From assembly GCA_038134595.1 (NCBI GenBank), contig JAYPVM010000005.1, positions 96,001 through 160,000 on the forward strand: a stretch of DNA of 64,000 bases. The letters run 5' to 3'. A program made the translations under genes and the position numbers. The stretch comes from Pseudomonadota bacterium (lineage in GTDB: Bacteria > Bdellovibrionota_C > UBA2361 > OMII01). The notes below the pieces were generated by a model that had not been told where the DNA came from, did no database searches, and saw nothing but the letters and a program-made list of their open reading frames with translations. This document shows, in pieces, positions 38,293 through 48,632 of this stretch (its first letter is position 1; every line of letters begins with the position of its first letter).

Positions 38293-40578
38293 ATGAAACC
38301 AAGCGACCAGACAATTACTGTAGTCCTGCCCAGCAACGGATTCGAGGCTTCCAATCCTGCAGATACACACCAAACCCTCTTGGCAGCTATAAAGCTAGTC
38401 GCTCAATATCGAACATATATCCTAGCATGGATCCTCTGTTTGATGGGTCTTGCCCTGCTATACTGCAGACTTACAACTCCTAAATATCAAGCTTCCGCCA
38501 CACTAGAGGTCCTTCCCTCTAATCCTGTCGTTTCCTTAACCTCAACCGAACTCGCTACGCACTCTCAAAAAAACAACATAGAACATTACAGAACGATAGT
38601 AGCCAAACTCTCTCTTCCTAGCCTCGCTGATTCAGTATTAAGTAGTGTTCCCATCCATCGACACTTTGCCGCCAACGGTGCCACAACACCTGATTCTAGC
38701 CACACCGATGTAGATATTTCGCAATCCAAAATACATGAACCGGCTACAAGTACGAATTCTTCGTTCAAACATTCAACAGGCGAAATATCAGCATACCTCT
38801 CCGCTTTACAGATACTCCCCATGCACGAGACAAATCTTGTGAGCATAACTGCCTCTGCTTCAGACCCATATATTGCACAGCTAATTGCCAATACTCATTC
38901 ACGAACATTCGTGAGATATCTTAACAAGAATAGCAGAGCAAAACTTACTGCCAATCTCAATCTTCTTAAATCTCAAGCCCTGGCTCTTAACGAGCAGATA
39001 CAGCAATCCGAACAGGCTCTAACTTCCTACGCAAAGCAGCATCAGCTTGTCCTTCTAAAGAGCGACAACTCTTCTGCTCTACCCCATCAACAAATCCAAT
39101 CGCTCGCGACCAAATTAGCGGATGCGACAGCTACCCGGATCAAGTCAGAGACTGCTCTAAAGGGGGCGGCTGAGTACTCTCTTAAAGAGAGTTCATTTCT
39201 AGATAACGATATTATTTATCACCTGCGAGGGGACCTCTCTCAAGCCGAAGCGGAATATGCAAGCCTTGGTAGTCAAGTAACAGACGCCTATCCAGGCATG
39301 CGCGAACTCAAAGCTAAAATTAGCTCATTAACAAAAGCGATTCAAATCGAACGAAATCAGAACTTACGATCACTAAAAACTCAATTCGAAGCGGATTTAG
39401 CGAATGAGCAGTCACTCAAAAAGCAAATCGATATCGAGAAGTTAAAGGTTCATCGATCTGCTCGAGCCATGCTCGAATACGATGTACTCAGACGGAGAGC
39501 AGCTTCCCTTAAAAAGCTTCACGCCACTCTACAACAAGAGATGATCGTCACAGAGACTGCTAAGGCGATTATAACACCCAACGTCTCAATCATAGACTAT
39601 GCGCAAGAACCCTTATATCCCACCAGCCCCAGGAAAAATATCGTTGTTATATTAGCGGCTGTACTAGGGTTGGCAGGGGGCGTAATTACCTCCTATATCA
39701 AGCATCTTGCAAAAAACTCCATCGAGACAATCGAGGAGGCAAAAACCGAATTTAGTCTTCCCGTCCTAGGCGCTTTACCACATTTCTATGATGACCATAG
39801 GTCTACTATATCTCTTCCGGCACCAATTCAACTAACTCGGGAGGGCAAGACCATAGCAAATATACCCTCGCTAGTTGCACCTCAAAGCATATTAGCAGAA
39901 GCTTTGCGAACGATTAGAGCAAATGTCCTCCTCTCATCCTTAGATTATCCGCCACGAATCATCCTTATCTCCAGCGCTCTCAAGGGTGAGGGGAAGACGA
40001 CGATTGTTTCAAACCTAGCGATTACCCTCGCCAGAGCCAACCTTCGCACATTGGTCATTGATGCAGACCTTCGCGCTGCTCAGCTGTCAGATATGATGCA
40101 ACCACTCTATACTTCCGAGAATAACGGAGGAGTATCAGATATACTTTTGGGAAAACTATCATCCGATAAAGCTGTCCTGACCACGCAAATACCAGACCTT
40201 GATATCATTCCTGCCGGCACACGGACGACAAATCCTGCTGAGCTACTTGGTACCGCAGCGATGAAGGTGCTTTTAGAGGAACAACGTGAATTCTATGACT
40301 TCATCCTGCTTGACTCCCCTCCTGTCTTGCCCGTAGCTGATGGCCTGCTACTCTCAAGAACCGTCGATGGGGTGCTCTTTGTAATTCGATGCAACAAAAC
40401 ATCAAGAATGTCAGCTCACCTCGCCAAAGAGCATCTACAAAATGCTAAGGCTCGAATCTTAGGAATCATATTAAACGACGTTCCTTCGCCTACCAACGCT
40501 TATGAAACTGGGCCGTATGGTAGTAACTATCTCTATCAAACAGACTCAAGCAACCAGGGCCCGATGGTAGACGTTTGA
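38293..40578 (+). CDS. wzc: Polysaccharide co-polymerase / BY tyrosine kinase (Wzc/GumC)
   Basis: Two TM segments with a periplasmic coiled coil, EALRTIR, Walker A GEGKTT, DADLR, Walker B LLDSPP, C-terminal Tyr cluster YETGPYGSNYLY. Confidence 0.92.
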   Translation: MKPSDQTITVVLPSNGFEASNPADTHQTLLAAIKLVAQYRTYILAWILCLMGLALLYCRLTTPKYQASATLEVLPSNPVVSLTSTELATHSQKNNIEHYRTIVAKLSLPSLADSVLSSVPIHRHFAANGATTPDSSHTDVDISQSKIHEPATSTNSSFKHSTGEISAYLSALQILPMHETNLVSITASASDPYIAQLIANTHSRTFVRYLNKNSRAKLTANLNLLKSQALALNEQIQQSEQALTSYAKQHQLVLLKSDNSSALPHQQIQSLATKLADATATRIKSETALKGAAEYSLKESSFLDNDIIYHLRGDLSQAEAEYASLGSQVTDAYPGMRELKAKISSLTKAIQIERNQNLRSLKTQFEADLANEQSLKKQIDIEKLKVHRSARAMLEYDVLRRRAASLKKLHATLQQEMIVTETAKAIITPNVSIIDYAQEPLYPTSPRKNIVVILAAVLGLAGGVITSYIKHLAKNSIETIEEAKTEFSLPVLGALPHFYDDHRSTISLPAPIQLTREGKTIANIPSLVAPQSILAEALRTIRANVLLSSLDYPPRIILISSALKGEGKTTIVSNLAITLARANLRTLVIDADLRAAQLSDMMQPLYTSENNGGVSDILLGKLSSDKAVLTTQIPDLDIIPAGTRTTNPAELLGTAAMKVLLEEQREFYDFILLDSPPVLPVADGLLLSRTVDGVLFVIRCNKTSRMSAHLAKEHLQNAKARILGIILNDVPSPTNAYETGPYGSNYLYQTDSSNQGPMVDV

Positions 40579-40606
40579 GTTTGGCTATCCTATACAATAG
40601 CCAAAC
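40579..40606. terminator. Hairpin between convergent wzc and sugar transferase genes
   Basis: GTTTGGCTAT-N8-ATAGCCAAAC, a perfect 10-bp stem starting at the wzc stop. Confidence 0.55.
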
Positions 40607-40685
40607 CCTCCAAGAGGCTCCCGTTAACATCAACGAGATGGGTGTTTATCGGACAGGCTCTTGTTCCGGAAGGTTAGACTCTGTC

Positions 40686-41417
40686 TTAGCGAGCCCCTGA
40701 ACCCGTTAGCACTACTCCGACTGTACGAACTAGAATCCATAGATCAAACCGAAAGCTTTGCTTTTTGATATAAAGACGATCCAAGCCCAGCTTGCGGCGA
40801 TACCCATCGACACCGTCGGGGTATCCCTGAATAACTTGCGCTAGGCCGGTGAGGCCAGCTTTGACCTGCAGACGGTGCTGGAACCCTCGAATTTTTCCGT
40901 TAAGATCACCTGCTAACTCCGGCCGCTCCGGACGGGGGCCAATAAGCGACATGTCTCCCTTAAGGACATTCCACAACTGTGGCAACTCATCAAGCCGGGT
41001 TTTACGCAAGACCCGACCGACAGCAGTGACTCGCACGTCAGCGCGCTCGGCAAAAACTGCTCCTGAGTTCTGCTCGGCTTCTCTACACATCGAGCGAAAT
41101 TTATACAGCGCAAATGTCGATCCATACTGAGTTAGTCTTGTTTGCCTAAACAGCACTCCTCCCTTGGAAGTACTCGAAATAATAATTGCAATTACTGCCA
41201 TTACTGGCGACAACACAATAAGTAACATTGAGGAGGCACCTATGTCGGTCCATCTTTTAACCCAATCCTGCAGGAGTCTCCCTCTGACAGTCGGTAATGC
41301 CTGTTTTTTTTTCTTAAGGCCGTAGAGACCTAATATTCGATTATTTCTTAGCCGCACAAGATTTTCCTGCTTAGCTGCCACTCCCAAATGGTTATCGATT
41401 TTATTTTGCGCTGTCAT
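40686..41417 (-). CDS. Undecaprenyl-phosphate phosphoglycosyltransferase (priming sugar transferase)
   Basis: KRWTDI, FRQTR, YKFRSM, LDELPQLWNVLKGDMSLIGPRPER and GLTGLAQV motifs. ATG 41417 after GGGAGG. Confidence 0.93.
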   Translation of the reverse strand: MTAQNKIDNHLGVAAKQENLVRLRNNRILGLYGLKKKKQALPTVRGRLLQDWVKRWTDIGASSMLLIVLSPVMAVIAIIISSTSKGGVLFRQTRLTQYGSTFALYKFRSMCREAEQNSGAVFAERADVRVTAVGRVLRKTRLDELPQLWNVLKGDMSLIGPRPERPELAGDLNGKIRGFQHRLQVKAGLTGLAQVIQGYPDGVDGYRRKLGLDRLYIKKQSFRFDLWILVRTVGVVLTGSGAR

Positions 41418-41531
41418 TATCTTTCGCACCTCCCTTTAAATAGATCCGTCATCCATCCTCCCTTAACGGCGATCACAGACGATCACTGTCGAGCGATGTA
41501 CAATTATTAAACGAATTCTTATTTACGAATT

Positions 41532-42650
41532 ATGCGAATAGTCATTCTCTACAACTCATGCTGGTATGTTTACTTACTTCGGCGAGGTCTGATTCGAGCC
41601 CTGCTATCACGAGGCTACACAATTACCGTTGTAGCCCCCCGAGACGAATATACCGAACGGGTGATTGCCCTCGGAGTTGCATTTCAACATATCAATTTAA
41701 CAAGATGCGGCACAAACCCACTCCGTGAGCTGATGCTTCTACATAAATTACTAGGCGTCTTACGCACCTTAAAACCCAATGTGGTGCTATCGTATACCGC
41801 TAAATGCAATTTATATGCGGGGATATGTCAGTATATACTATCCTTTCGTCACATTCCCAACATTGCAGGACTCGGCCAACTCTTCGAAAAGGACGGCGCG
41901 CTCAGGCAACTAATCCATCGTTTTTATCGAACATGCTTATCACATGCCGCATATATCTTCTTCCAGAACAACGAGGACCTAGAACATTTCTTAAGACACC
42001 GCATCATTGCACTCGACCAAGGCGTACGTTTGCCTGGTTCGGGTGTCGATTTAAATATGTTCAGTCCTGTTCTAAAACAAGAAACAACCGATAGACGCTT
42101 TCTTATCCTCGGCCGATTACTTCCGCAAAAAGGGTTTCCCTTATTCATCAAAGCTGCAAAGAACTTAAAAAACAAGTACGGCAAACGCGCATCCTTCTGG
42201 GTGCTCGGCAGCCCAGACTTCGAGAGACCCGACTCTATCGCTCTATGGAATGCAGTAAAGCATGCGCATGCCGATGGAGACATTCGCTACATACCGAAAA
42301 CAGATTCTCCCGCTGCAATCATCCAAGAGGCAGATGTAATCGTACTCCCCTCATATTACAATGAAGGCGTACCACGATCGCTACTCGAAGGGCTTGCCTG
42401 TGGGAAACCAATTATTACAACGGATTGGAAGGGTTGTCGTGACACTGTTGCTGCTGACAGAAATGGAGTCCTCTGTCGAATAAAAGACCAGCGTGCCATC
42501 GAGAATGCCATGGAAGAGTACCTCCGAATGAGTTATCCAACTCTTCTCAGGCAGGGACAATACAGTCGTAAACTTGCCGAAAGTACCTTCGATGAGAATC
42601 GTGTTATTGACACATACCTAGCCGCCATTTCTTCCACAACGGCCGTATAA
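41532..42650 (+). CDS. Glycosyltransferase family 4 (CapM/PglA-like)
   Basis: FFQNNED, PGSGVD, GRLLPQKG and LPSYYNEGVPRSLLEGLACGKPIITTD motifs. Confidence 0.9.
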   Translation: MRIVILYNSCWYVYLLRRGLIRALLSRGYTITVVAPRDEYTERVIALGVAFQHINLTRCGTNPLRELMLLHKLLGVLRTLKPNVVLSYTAKCNLYAGICQYILSFRHIPNIAGLGQLFEKDGALRQLIHRFYRTCLSHAAYIFFQNNEDLEHFLRHRIIALDQGVRLPGSGVDLNMFSPVLKQETTDRRFLILGRLLPQKGFPLFIKAAKNLKNKYGKRASFWVLGSPDFERPDSIALWNAVKHAHADGDIRYIPKTDSPAAIIQEADVIVLPSYYNEGVPRSLLEGLACGKPIITTDWKGCRDTVAADRNGVLCRIKDQRAIENAMEEYLRMSYPTLLRQGQYSRKLAESTFDENRVIDTYLAAISSTTAV

Positions 42651-42686
42651 TAACACGACCGCACTGGATAGATTGGGTCAATCAAC

Positions 42687-44216
42687 TCAAACGCTACATA
42701 AAGAATCTCTACGGCATCTGCGAAATATCATAGACTTGAGGAAGTCTACACTAACTCGAGCAACTCTTCCCAACGACAACATATACACGACCAAAAAGCC
42801 GGAAACCCAAATGACAGACAATCCCAAAAAGCATAGCATCACTTCTCGAACCGAGCCGATTTCTCCCAATCGTATATAGGGAAGGTACACAGTCAGAGCC
42901 AGCCAACACCATAGAAACAAGACCATTCCTGGAATATGCGCCAACAAGAGCGCCGACCACGATGTCCGCAAAAGGCTCCTCGCCAATAAAGTTAACGACA
43001 GATAATTTATCGCTACAGCACAAACAACCCCCCAAGCTACACCGATACTACCATGCATGTATGCTCCGACTACGGCACCCACGAGCACACTCACACTATA
43101 GACCGCTTGTCGCAATGCATATCGATAAACCGCGCCTACAGCACGAACTGCTGTATCGCTACACTTGTAGGTTGCCCTAAAAAAAACTCCATATGAGAGC
43201 GCAGATACTATGGGAACCACATCTAACCAACGATAGCCGAATACAGCGGAAACAAATTCAAATGAGCACAGTGATAGGATTAAACCCGCGGGCAGGGTTA
43301 GAATCGTCATCGCCTCAATAGATATAAGAAATTGCTCATTTAGGCTGGAACTGTCTTCCTGCGACTTCGACATCGCAGGAAACATAACACGCTCATAGAC
43401 CTGTCCAAGTAATGCCGCGGGCAGAGTCATTAGTTGATACCCCCGCGTGTATAAACCCAACATATCAACTCCAAACATCTTTCCTACAACAAAGTTATCT
43501 CCTTGGAGAGATAGGCAGTTTAATATTCTAGCTAAACTATATCCAAGGCCTAATCGCAACAACTCTTTTGCCCTCAGAATATCAAATGTACCAATCATAC
43601 CACGAGCTGGTGCCGCTAAATGAAGAAAGACTAGGCGAGTAAGTTTCATCAACAAAAGCGAAGCAACAAGAGCCCAAACACCAAAACCATACCAGGCTAG
43701 TACCGGACATAAAATAACCATACCGACCAAATAGCTTGCATTATCTACGGATAGGATTCTCCGAAATGCTAGCTTCCTCTGTAATAATGCATCAGGAACA
43801 ACCGCCCATGATTCGAGGAAGCATCCAAGTGAAAGAACCCTAAGGATGGTAGACAGCTCGGGCTGCTCGAAGAATCCGGCAAAAAGGTCCGAGCATAGAA
43901 ATACCCCACTAGCTGTCAGAACGCCTAGCGCAACATTCAATCTTCGAGCAACGTAGGTCGTTTTGTGGGAGAGGTGCTTTCTCTGCACCAAGACAGTGCC
44001 CACGCCCAGCTGACCCAATCGCTCAATGACTCCTGTACAAATCATCGCATACGATAGCAAACCAAATTCTTTTGGCTCAATAAGACGCGCGACGATTGCC
44101 AGCGCGGCCACTTTTAGAATACTTTGTACAAAAACACCAATGTACGACCATACGATGCCGCTAAGTATTAAATTTCCGTCTCCCATAAAGGTGTACAGTC
44201 CATCAGAAAAAAACAT
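42687..44216 (-). CDS. wzx: Wzx-type polysaccharide flippase (WzxC-like)
   Basis: ARLIEPKEFG, GFGVWALV, DNFVVGK...LGLYTRGYQLMTLP and MFPAMSK motifs; multi-TM. Confidence 0.88.
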   Translation of the reverse strand: MFFSDGLYTFMGDGNLILSGIVWSYIGVFVQSILKVAALAIVARLIEPKEFGLLSYAMICTGVIERLGQLGVGTVLVQRKHLSHKTTYVARRLNVALGVLTASGVFLCSDLFAGFFEQPELSTILRVLSLGCFLESWAVVPDALLQRKLAFRRILSVDNASYLVGMVILCPVLAWYGFGVWALVASLLLMKLTRLVFLHLAAPARGMIGTFDILRAKELLRLGLGYSLARILNCLSLQGDNFVVGKMFGVDMLGLYTRGYQLMTLPAALLGQVYERVMFPAMSKSQEDSSSLNEQFLISIEAMTILTLPAGLILSLCSFEFVSAVFGYRWLDVVPIVSALSYGVFFRATYKCSDTAVRAVGAVYRYALRQAVYSVSVLVGAVVGAYMHGSIGVAWGVVCAVAINYLSLTLLARSLLRTSWSALLLAHIPGMVLFLWCWLALTVYLPYIRLGEIGSVREVMLCFLGLSVIWVSGFLVVYMLSLGRVARVSVDFLKSMIFRRCRRDSLCSV

Positions 44217-44530
44217 CCCCCTTCACAGTTGGACAAACCCCTTAATCAAAAGAGGACGACAGACAGCATCATAGCCCGATAACGAAACAAACCACTATGC
44301 TAGCGCTCATAGCAAGTCGTATCGGTCCCACTCTATAGTACCCTGGCTTCTACATCAGAATACAGCCACTTCGGAAAAAATGGAGTAGAAAGAACAACAA
44401 CTTAATTTAATGCAATCCGACCCGTGCCAACCTCCTATTTTTGTTTGAATCATCATCCACTCTCGAGTCAAGAACACCCGACCAAAAGAAACCTTAAACG
44501 TCTCTCAATTTGAATTAGCGAACCTTTTCA

Positions 44531-45913
44531 ATGCGATTCTCTGTTAGTCCTTTCCTTGAAATAATCTATACCCTCATACTCTTATCCGTTTTTCTGTCAG
44601 TAGCAGATCAGGCACTGGGTCATGCAGGACTTTTACCAGTCGGGGCTACAGCACTCTGCCTTCTTTCACTGGTTCCATTCACACTAGTAGTGCTACTGCA
44701 ACCATCAGGGATCCAACATATTTTTCACGTCCTTCGTAAAAATCTAACCCCTATCTTCTTCTTTTTTGCCATGGCGATACTTGCTCTACTATTGAGTGCT
44801 CACCCAAATGCCTTCTGGAATGAGGATGGAAAATGGATCTTGCTTCTTCCGTACGGAGTGATTATTACGATTCTAGCATGCGTAATGGGACGATTTTGGC
44901 TTCGCCAGTCCGTTCTATCAGCAGGATCACTCATCTCATTATGCGCGTTACTGAGCTCCATTATAACTGACTATTTTTCGCCAGGTACCTTTGCTCCTCT
45001 TGGCACCCGAGCTGCAGGATTTTCTGGCAATGCAAATTATTCGGCACTGGTTGCAGTGTGCATTTGTGCGAGTGCACTGTCATTTCAATCTTCAAGAGTC
45101 GAATACGCTAAGTCCAAGACCATGCTACCGAGGACATTCATTTTCCGACAAAGGCAATCTCAATTGCCGATTATTGACATCATGATTAATACACTTTTAT
45201 TTCTTCTAACTGCTGGTTGCATCCTATTAACGATGTCTCGCAGCGGTGCTGTTCATCTTCTTGCATTGTACACATTCTTTGCGGTGTATCGAACGTATCA
45301 TTCACGGCGAAAACTCTTAAGCACCCTAACGTATGCAATACTCATTCCCAGTATTATAACGAGCCTCGCTTTCTACTTCGTAAAAACGTCTAGCAACTCT
45401 ACTCTGTTTCGAGAAAATACTAGATTAGTTCGATTCATTAACCACCAACAGGTCGACGATGGGTCCGCATCGAGTCGGCTGCAAGCCCTGCTAGACAGTC
45501 TCCATCTTATTGAACAGGCACCCATTATAGGCCACGGAACTGGCTATGCTAGAACAATGAAGGAGCTTCCCCATAATCTTTATCTTCAGCAATGGGTCAA
45601 TAACGGAGTACTTGGTGTATTATTCTACGTGGGATTCCTCGTAAGTTTATTTATCACATTTTCTTTTCGTGCTTATCCGGCCGGTCAAGCCCTTACTATT
45701 GTGGCGATAACTGGGAGCATCTTTAGCCATAACCTCTTGGATCAGCGCCCTTTTCTTATTCTCATTGGGCTTGCGCTCGGCTACTCATTACAGAATTTAG
45801 CAGTGATAGATATTGGTCTGTTGCGTCCTCAACGTGATACCGAGCCAGCATCTCCGGAGAACCAGCAGTGTTTCTCTCCCTACGAAGCGCAGAAATTATG
45901 GCTTCTGCCATAA
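44531..45913 (+). CDS. Wzy polymerase / O-antigen ligase family membrane protein
   Basis: RAAGFSGNAN, LTMSRSG, SASSR...APIIGHG and PHNLYLQQWVNNGVLG motifs; multi-TM; EPS-locus context. Confidence 0.8.
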   Translation: MRFSVSPFLEIIYTLILLSVFLSVADQALGHAGLLPVGATALCLLSLVPFTLVVLLQPSGIQHIFHVLRKNLTPIFFFFAMAILALLLSAHPNAFWNEDGKWILLLPYGVIITILACVMGRFWLRQSVLSAGSLISLCALLSSIITDYFSPGTFAPLGTRAAGFSGNANYSALVAVCICASALSFQSSRVEYAKSKTMLPRTFIFRQRQSQLPIIDIMINTLLFLLTAGCILLTMSRSGAVHLLALYTFFAVYRTYHSRRKLLSTLTYAILIPSIITSLAFYFVKTSSNSTLFRENTRLVRFINHQQVDDGSASSRLQALLDSLHLIEQAPIIGHGTGYARTMKELPHNLYLQQWVNNGVLGVLFYVGFLVSLFITFSFRAYPAGQALTIVAITGSIFSHNLLDQRPFLILIGLALGYSLQNLAVIDIGLLRPQRDTEPASPENQQCFSPYEAQKLWLLP

Positions 45914-46883
45914 CCTTAATTTGTCCCACCGGCACAAGGTGCCCCAATAGACCATCTTTCAATAATTCGCGAACTCCGCCTGGTGAATCGGTGGCTATCA
46001 CAGGCACACCTAAGGAAAGTGCTTGAATTAAAACATTGGGAAGCCCTTCGTAATGAGAGGCAAGGACAAAAAGATCAGAATGCCTCATGAATGAAAAGGG
46101 GTTGGATTGAAACCCAACAAGCGCGACATTTTCAACAAGACCCCTCGTTGCAACGAATTCCTCAATCCGCTTTCGGTCATCACCTTCGCCAACAATCACT
46201 AGACGGGCAGGCCTTTTTTTAACTACATAAGAGAAAGCTTTTACCAAATCATACATCCCTTTGTGCGGTTTAAGCCTTCCTACGCTAACAATGATAGGAA
46301 TCTTTTTATCACGAAACCATGGATGATCAGGAACCTCTCCTGCCTGATCGAATATTGCTGAAAACAAAACCGGTGTTGGGATCACCTTGATCAATGAAGC
46401 TAAGTGAGGTTTCATCGTTACTAAATCGTCTCTTACCGATTCTGAAACGGCGATAATAGCATCAGCCCACGAATACACGTACGGAATCAACCGGCCTACC
46501 CATTTTGCCCCAGACGACTCCTTGTATTCCGAAAGGGGGGTATTCGACTGCCTTATTATGACCGGCATATCAACACCAGAAATTACCTTAGCAATAAGCG
46601 CTCCGAGATTGGCGTGAGAAATCGTGCTAAACAATGCTACTGGGCGTCTGCTGACAATATATCTCCTTAGTGGTAAAACTGTTTTTACCATCCGTGTTGC
46701 GCCTAGGTCGACAATAGACAAGCTATCTGGCAGCATGTTCCTCCACGCCCCCTCTAGGCTACCAACCACAACCTCAACGTTTATGCTCCGTTTTGTGAGT
46801 TCCTCGGCGAATATCAACATGGCCCGTTCCGCACCACCGCCATGAACGCTGGGAATGAAGATAGCAATCGGATGCTTAGTCAT
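45762..46883 (-). CDS. Glycosyltransferase family 4
   Basis: GGGAER, VGRLKPHKG and SHYEGLPNVLIQALSLGVPVIATD motifs. Confidence 0.92.
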   Translation of the reverse strand: MTKHPIAIFIPSVHGGGAERAMLIFAEELTKRSINVEVVVGSLEGAWRNMLPDSLSIVDLGATRMVKTVLPLRRYIVSRRPVALFSTISHANLGALIAKVISGVDMPVIIRQSNTPLSEYKESSGAKWVGRLIPYVYSWADAIIAVSESVRDDLVTMKPHLASLIKVIPTPVLFSAIFDQAGEVPDHPWFRDKKIPIIVSVGRLKPHKGMYDLVKAFSYVVKKRPARLVIVGEGDDRKRIEEFVATRGLVENVALVGFQSNPFSFMRHSDLFVLASHYEGLPNVLIQALSLGVPVIATDSPGGVRELLKDGLLGHLVPVGQIKVMAEAIISALRRERNTAGSPEMLARYHVEDATDQYLSLLNSVMSSRAQAQ

Positions 46884-47099
46884 AATATTTTAGTTAAAGG
46901 CACGATTGAGAAAAACAACACTGAGATCTCTTTGTGTACTTCTGTAATATTCACAGAAGTCGGACCAAAAGCCGCGGTGATAGTTTACAGCACGTCATCG
47001 TGATAAATACGATTAGTTTTAAGATTTTATTGCGCCGCTTTCGCGTGCCGTGACGATCTTATGCACACAGAGAGCAACACATCCCCCTTTTTAGAGGTG

Positions 47100-47129
47100 C
47101 TTTTGCGCAGAGCAAGTTCTGCGCAAAAG
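47100..47129. repeat. Inverted repeat / hairpin between the epimerase and glycosyltransferase genes
   Basis: CTTTTGCGCAGA-N6-TCTGCGCAAAAG, a perfect 12-bp inverted repeat. Confidence 0.7.
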
Positions 47130-47217
47130 AGTCCCTCTATCAAGAAAGAAAGCTACAATGTAGCAAACACTACTGGATTATGATGTGATGGGGCTCTGGT
47201 GCTCCATCTTCACTTAT

Positions 47218-48138
47218 TTATTTTTTTGACTGATACCAGGCAAGGGTCTGCTCAAGCCCCTCTTCAAGTTCAACGGTAGGTCTCCAGCCAAGAACTTGCG
47301 CCGCCAGTGAATTATCAATCACACTCCGCATCTGCTCTCCAGCTCGACCGGGCCCAAAGCTTACCTTTGCCTCCGGATTGATTCGTTCCCGGAGCTCATT
47401 AGCGAGAAAGACCACCGATGTTTCCTTCGCTGTACCGATGTTAAACTCGCCAACTACACGCTTTTCAACCGAAAGACCCACGGCTTCAGCGACATCCCCT
47501 ACGAATACAAAATCCCTGGTCTGTTCCCCAGTTCCATTAACGACAATATCATTACCTGCAAGAAGCCGTTCGCAGTATATGGCGATTACCCCTGCTTCTC
47601 CGTGAGGATTCTGCCGTGGGCCATATACATTTGAAAGCCTGAGAGACGTATATGACAACCCCCAAGCTCGCGCACAAAACTCGAGATACATCTCCCCCAC
47701 TCGCTTGGACAATCCATAGATGCTCTCCGGTAAAATAGGGTGAGATTCCGGCGCAGGATATACCTGTTGCTCGCCGTAGCAAGCTCCCCCAGAAGAGAGG
47801 AATACACACTGGGCACCTGACGTACGGGAGAGAGGATGGAGCAAATTAACAAGCCCGGTTACATTCACATCAGTATCGAGCGTTGGTTTCTCCATACTAA
47901 TTCGCACTGAGATCTGGGCAGCTGCATGTACTAAAATATTCGGTTGAAACTCACTGATAAAGGAAGCCGCCTCAGGGGAGCGTATATCTAATTGATGTAA
48001 TGTTACACTGCTGGGAATATTTTCGGTGCTACCACTTGAAAGGTCATCAAGAACATGGACTTCGTTACCCGGCAAGAGCCTGTCAACAATGTGAGACCCA
48101 ATAAAACCCGCTCCACCGGTCACAACTATCTTAGCCAT
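47218..48138 (-). CDS. NAD-dependent epimerase (UDP-glucose 4-epimerase-like)
   Basis: TGGAGFIGSH, HAAAQISV, SSGGACYG, YGLSK and NVYGPRQNPHGEAGV motifs. Confidence 0.9.
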   Translation of the reverse strand: MAKIVVTGGAGFIGSHIVDRLLPGNEVHVLDDLSSGSTENIPSSVTLHQLDIRSPEAASFISEFQPNILVHAAAQISVRISMEKPTLDTDVNVTGLVNLLHPLSRTSGAQCVFLSSGGACYGEQQVYPAPESHPILPESIYGLSKRVGEMYLEFCARAWGLSYTSLRLSNVYGPRQNPHGEAGVIAIYCERLLAGNDIVVNGTGEQTRDFVFVGDVAEAVGLSVEKRVVGEFNIGTAKETSVVFLANELRERINPEAKVSFGPGRAGEQMRSVIDNSLAAQVLGWRPTVELEEGLEQTLAWYQSKK

Positions 48139-48605
48139 AGGCTGTTTCTCCTTCCTTCTTCCTCAATAATTTTTACCACTCATACGTCTGCATTTTTCGT
48201 CTACCTCGCTACTCTACAACGTTCGCCTCTACCTTTAAATAACTATTCGAACGCTTCTCTGATAAGTCATGCTCAACGTAGCGATAAGGCGAGATTTATA
48301 AAAGAGTTTCTAAAATCCTCTCAGCAAACGACCATTCGAACGTCGTTAACAACAATATTTTTCGTGCCGCATCGCTATCTCTCCTAACAAAGTGGCGTAG
48401 CAACTAGTTTGAAAGAGCGATACAAAGCCCCATCCAAAAGAAGCACCTCATCGCCACGATGCAAGTAACATCCTTGGCCAGTCCAGAGTACTCCCACGGG
48501 GTTTTCGCAATGAGACAATTCTTAGGGAACCAAGCCTTTGTACAGTTAGCAATTTTGCCGGGTTAACAACGACGACCGCTAATAGGCAAAAACATAGGAT
48601 AGCGG

Positions 48606-48618
48606 TAAGTATTTGATA
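48606..48618. promoter_or_regulatory. IHF-like binding site just 3' of tRNA-Arg
   Basis: TAAGTATTTGATA is an exact match to YAANNNNTTGATW. Confidence 0.45.
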
Positions 48619-48632
48619 ATAGGGATGGAATA

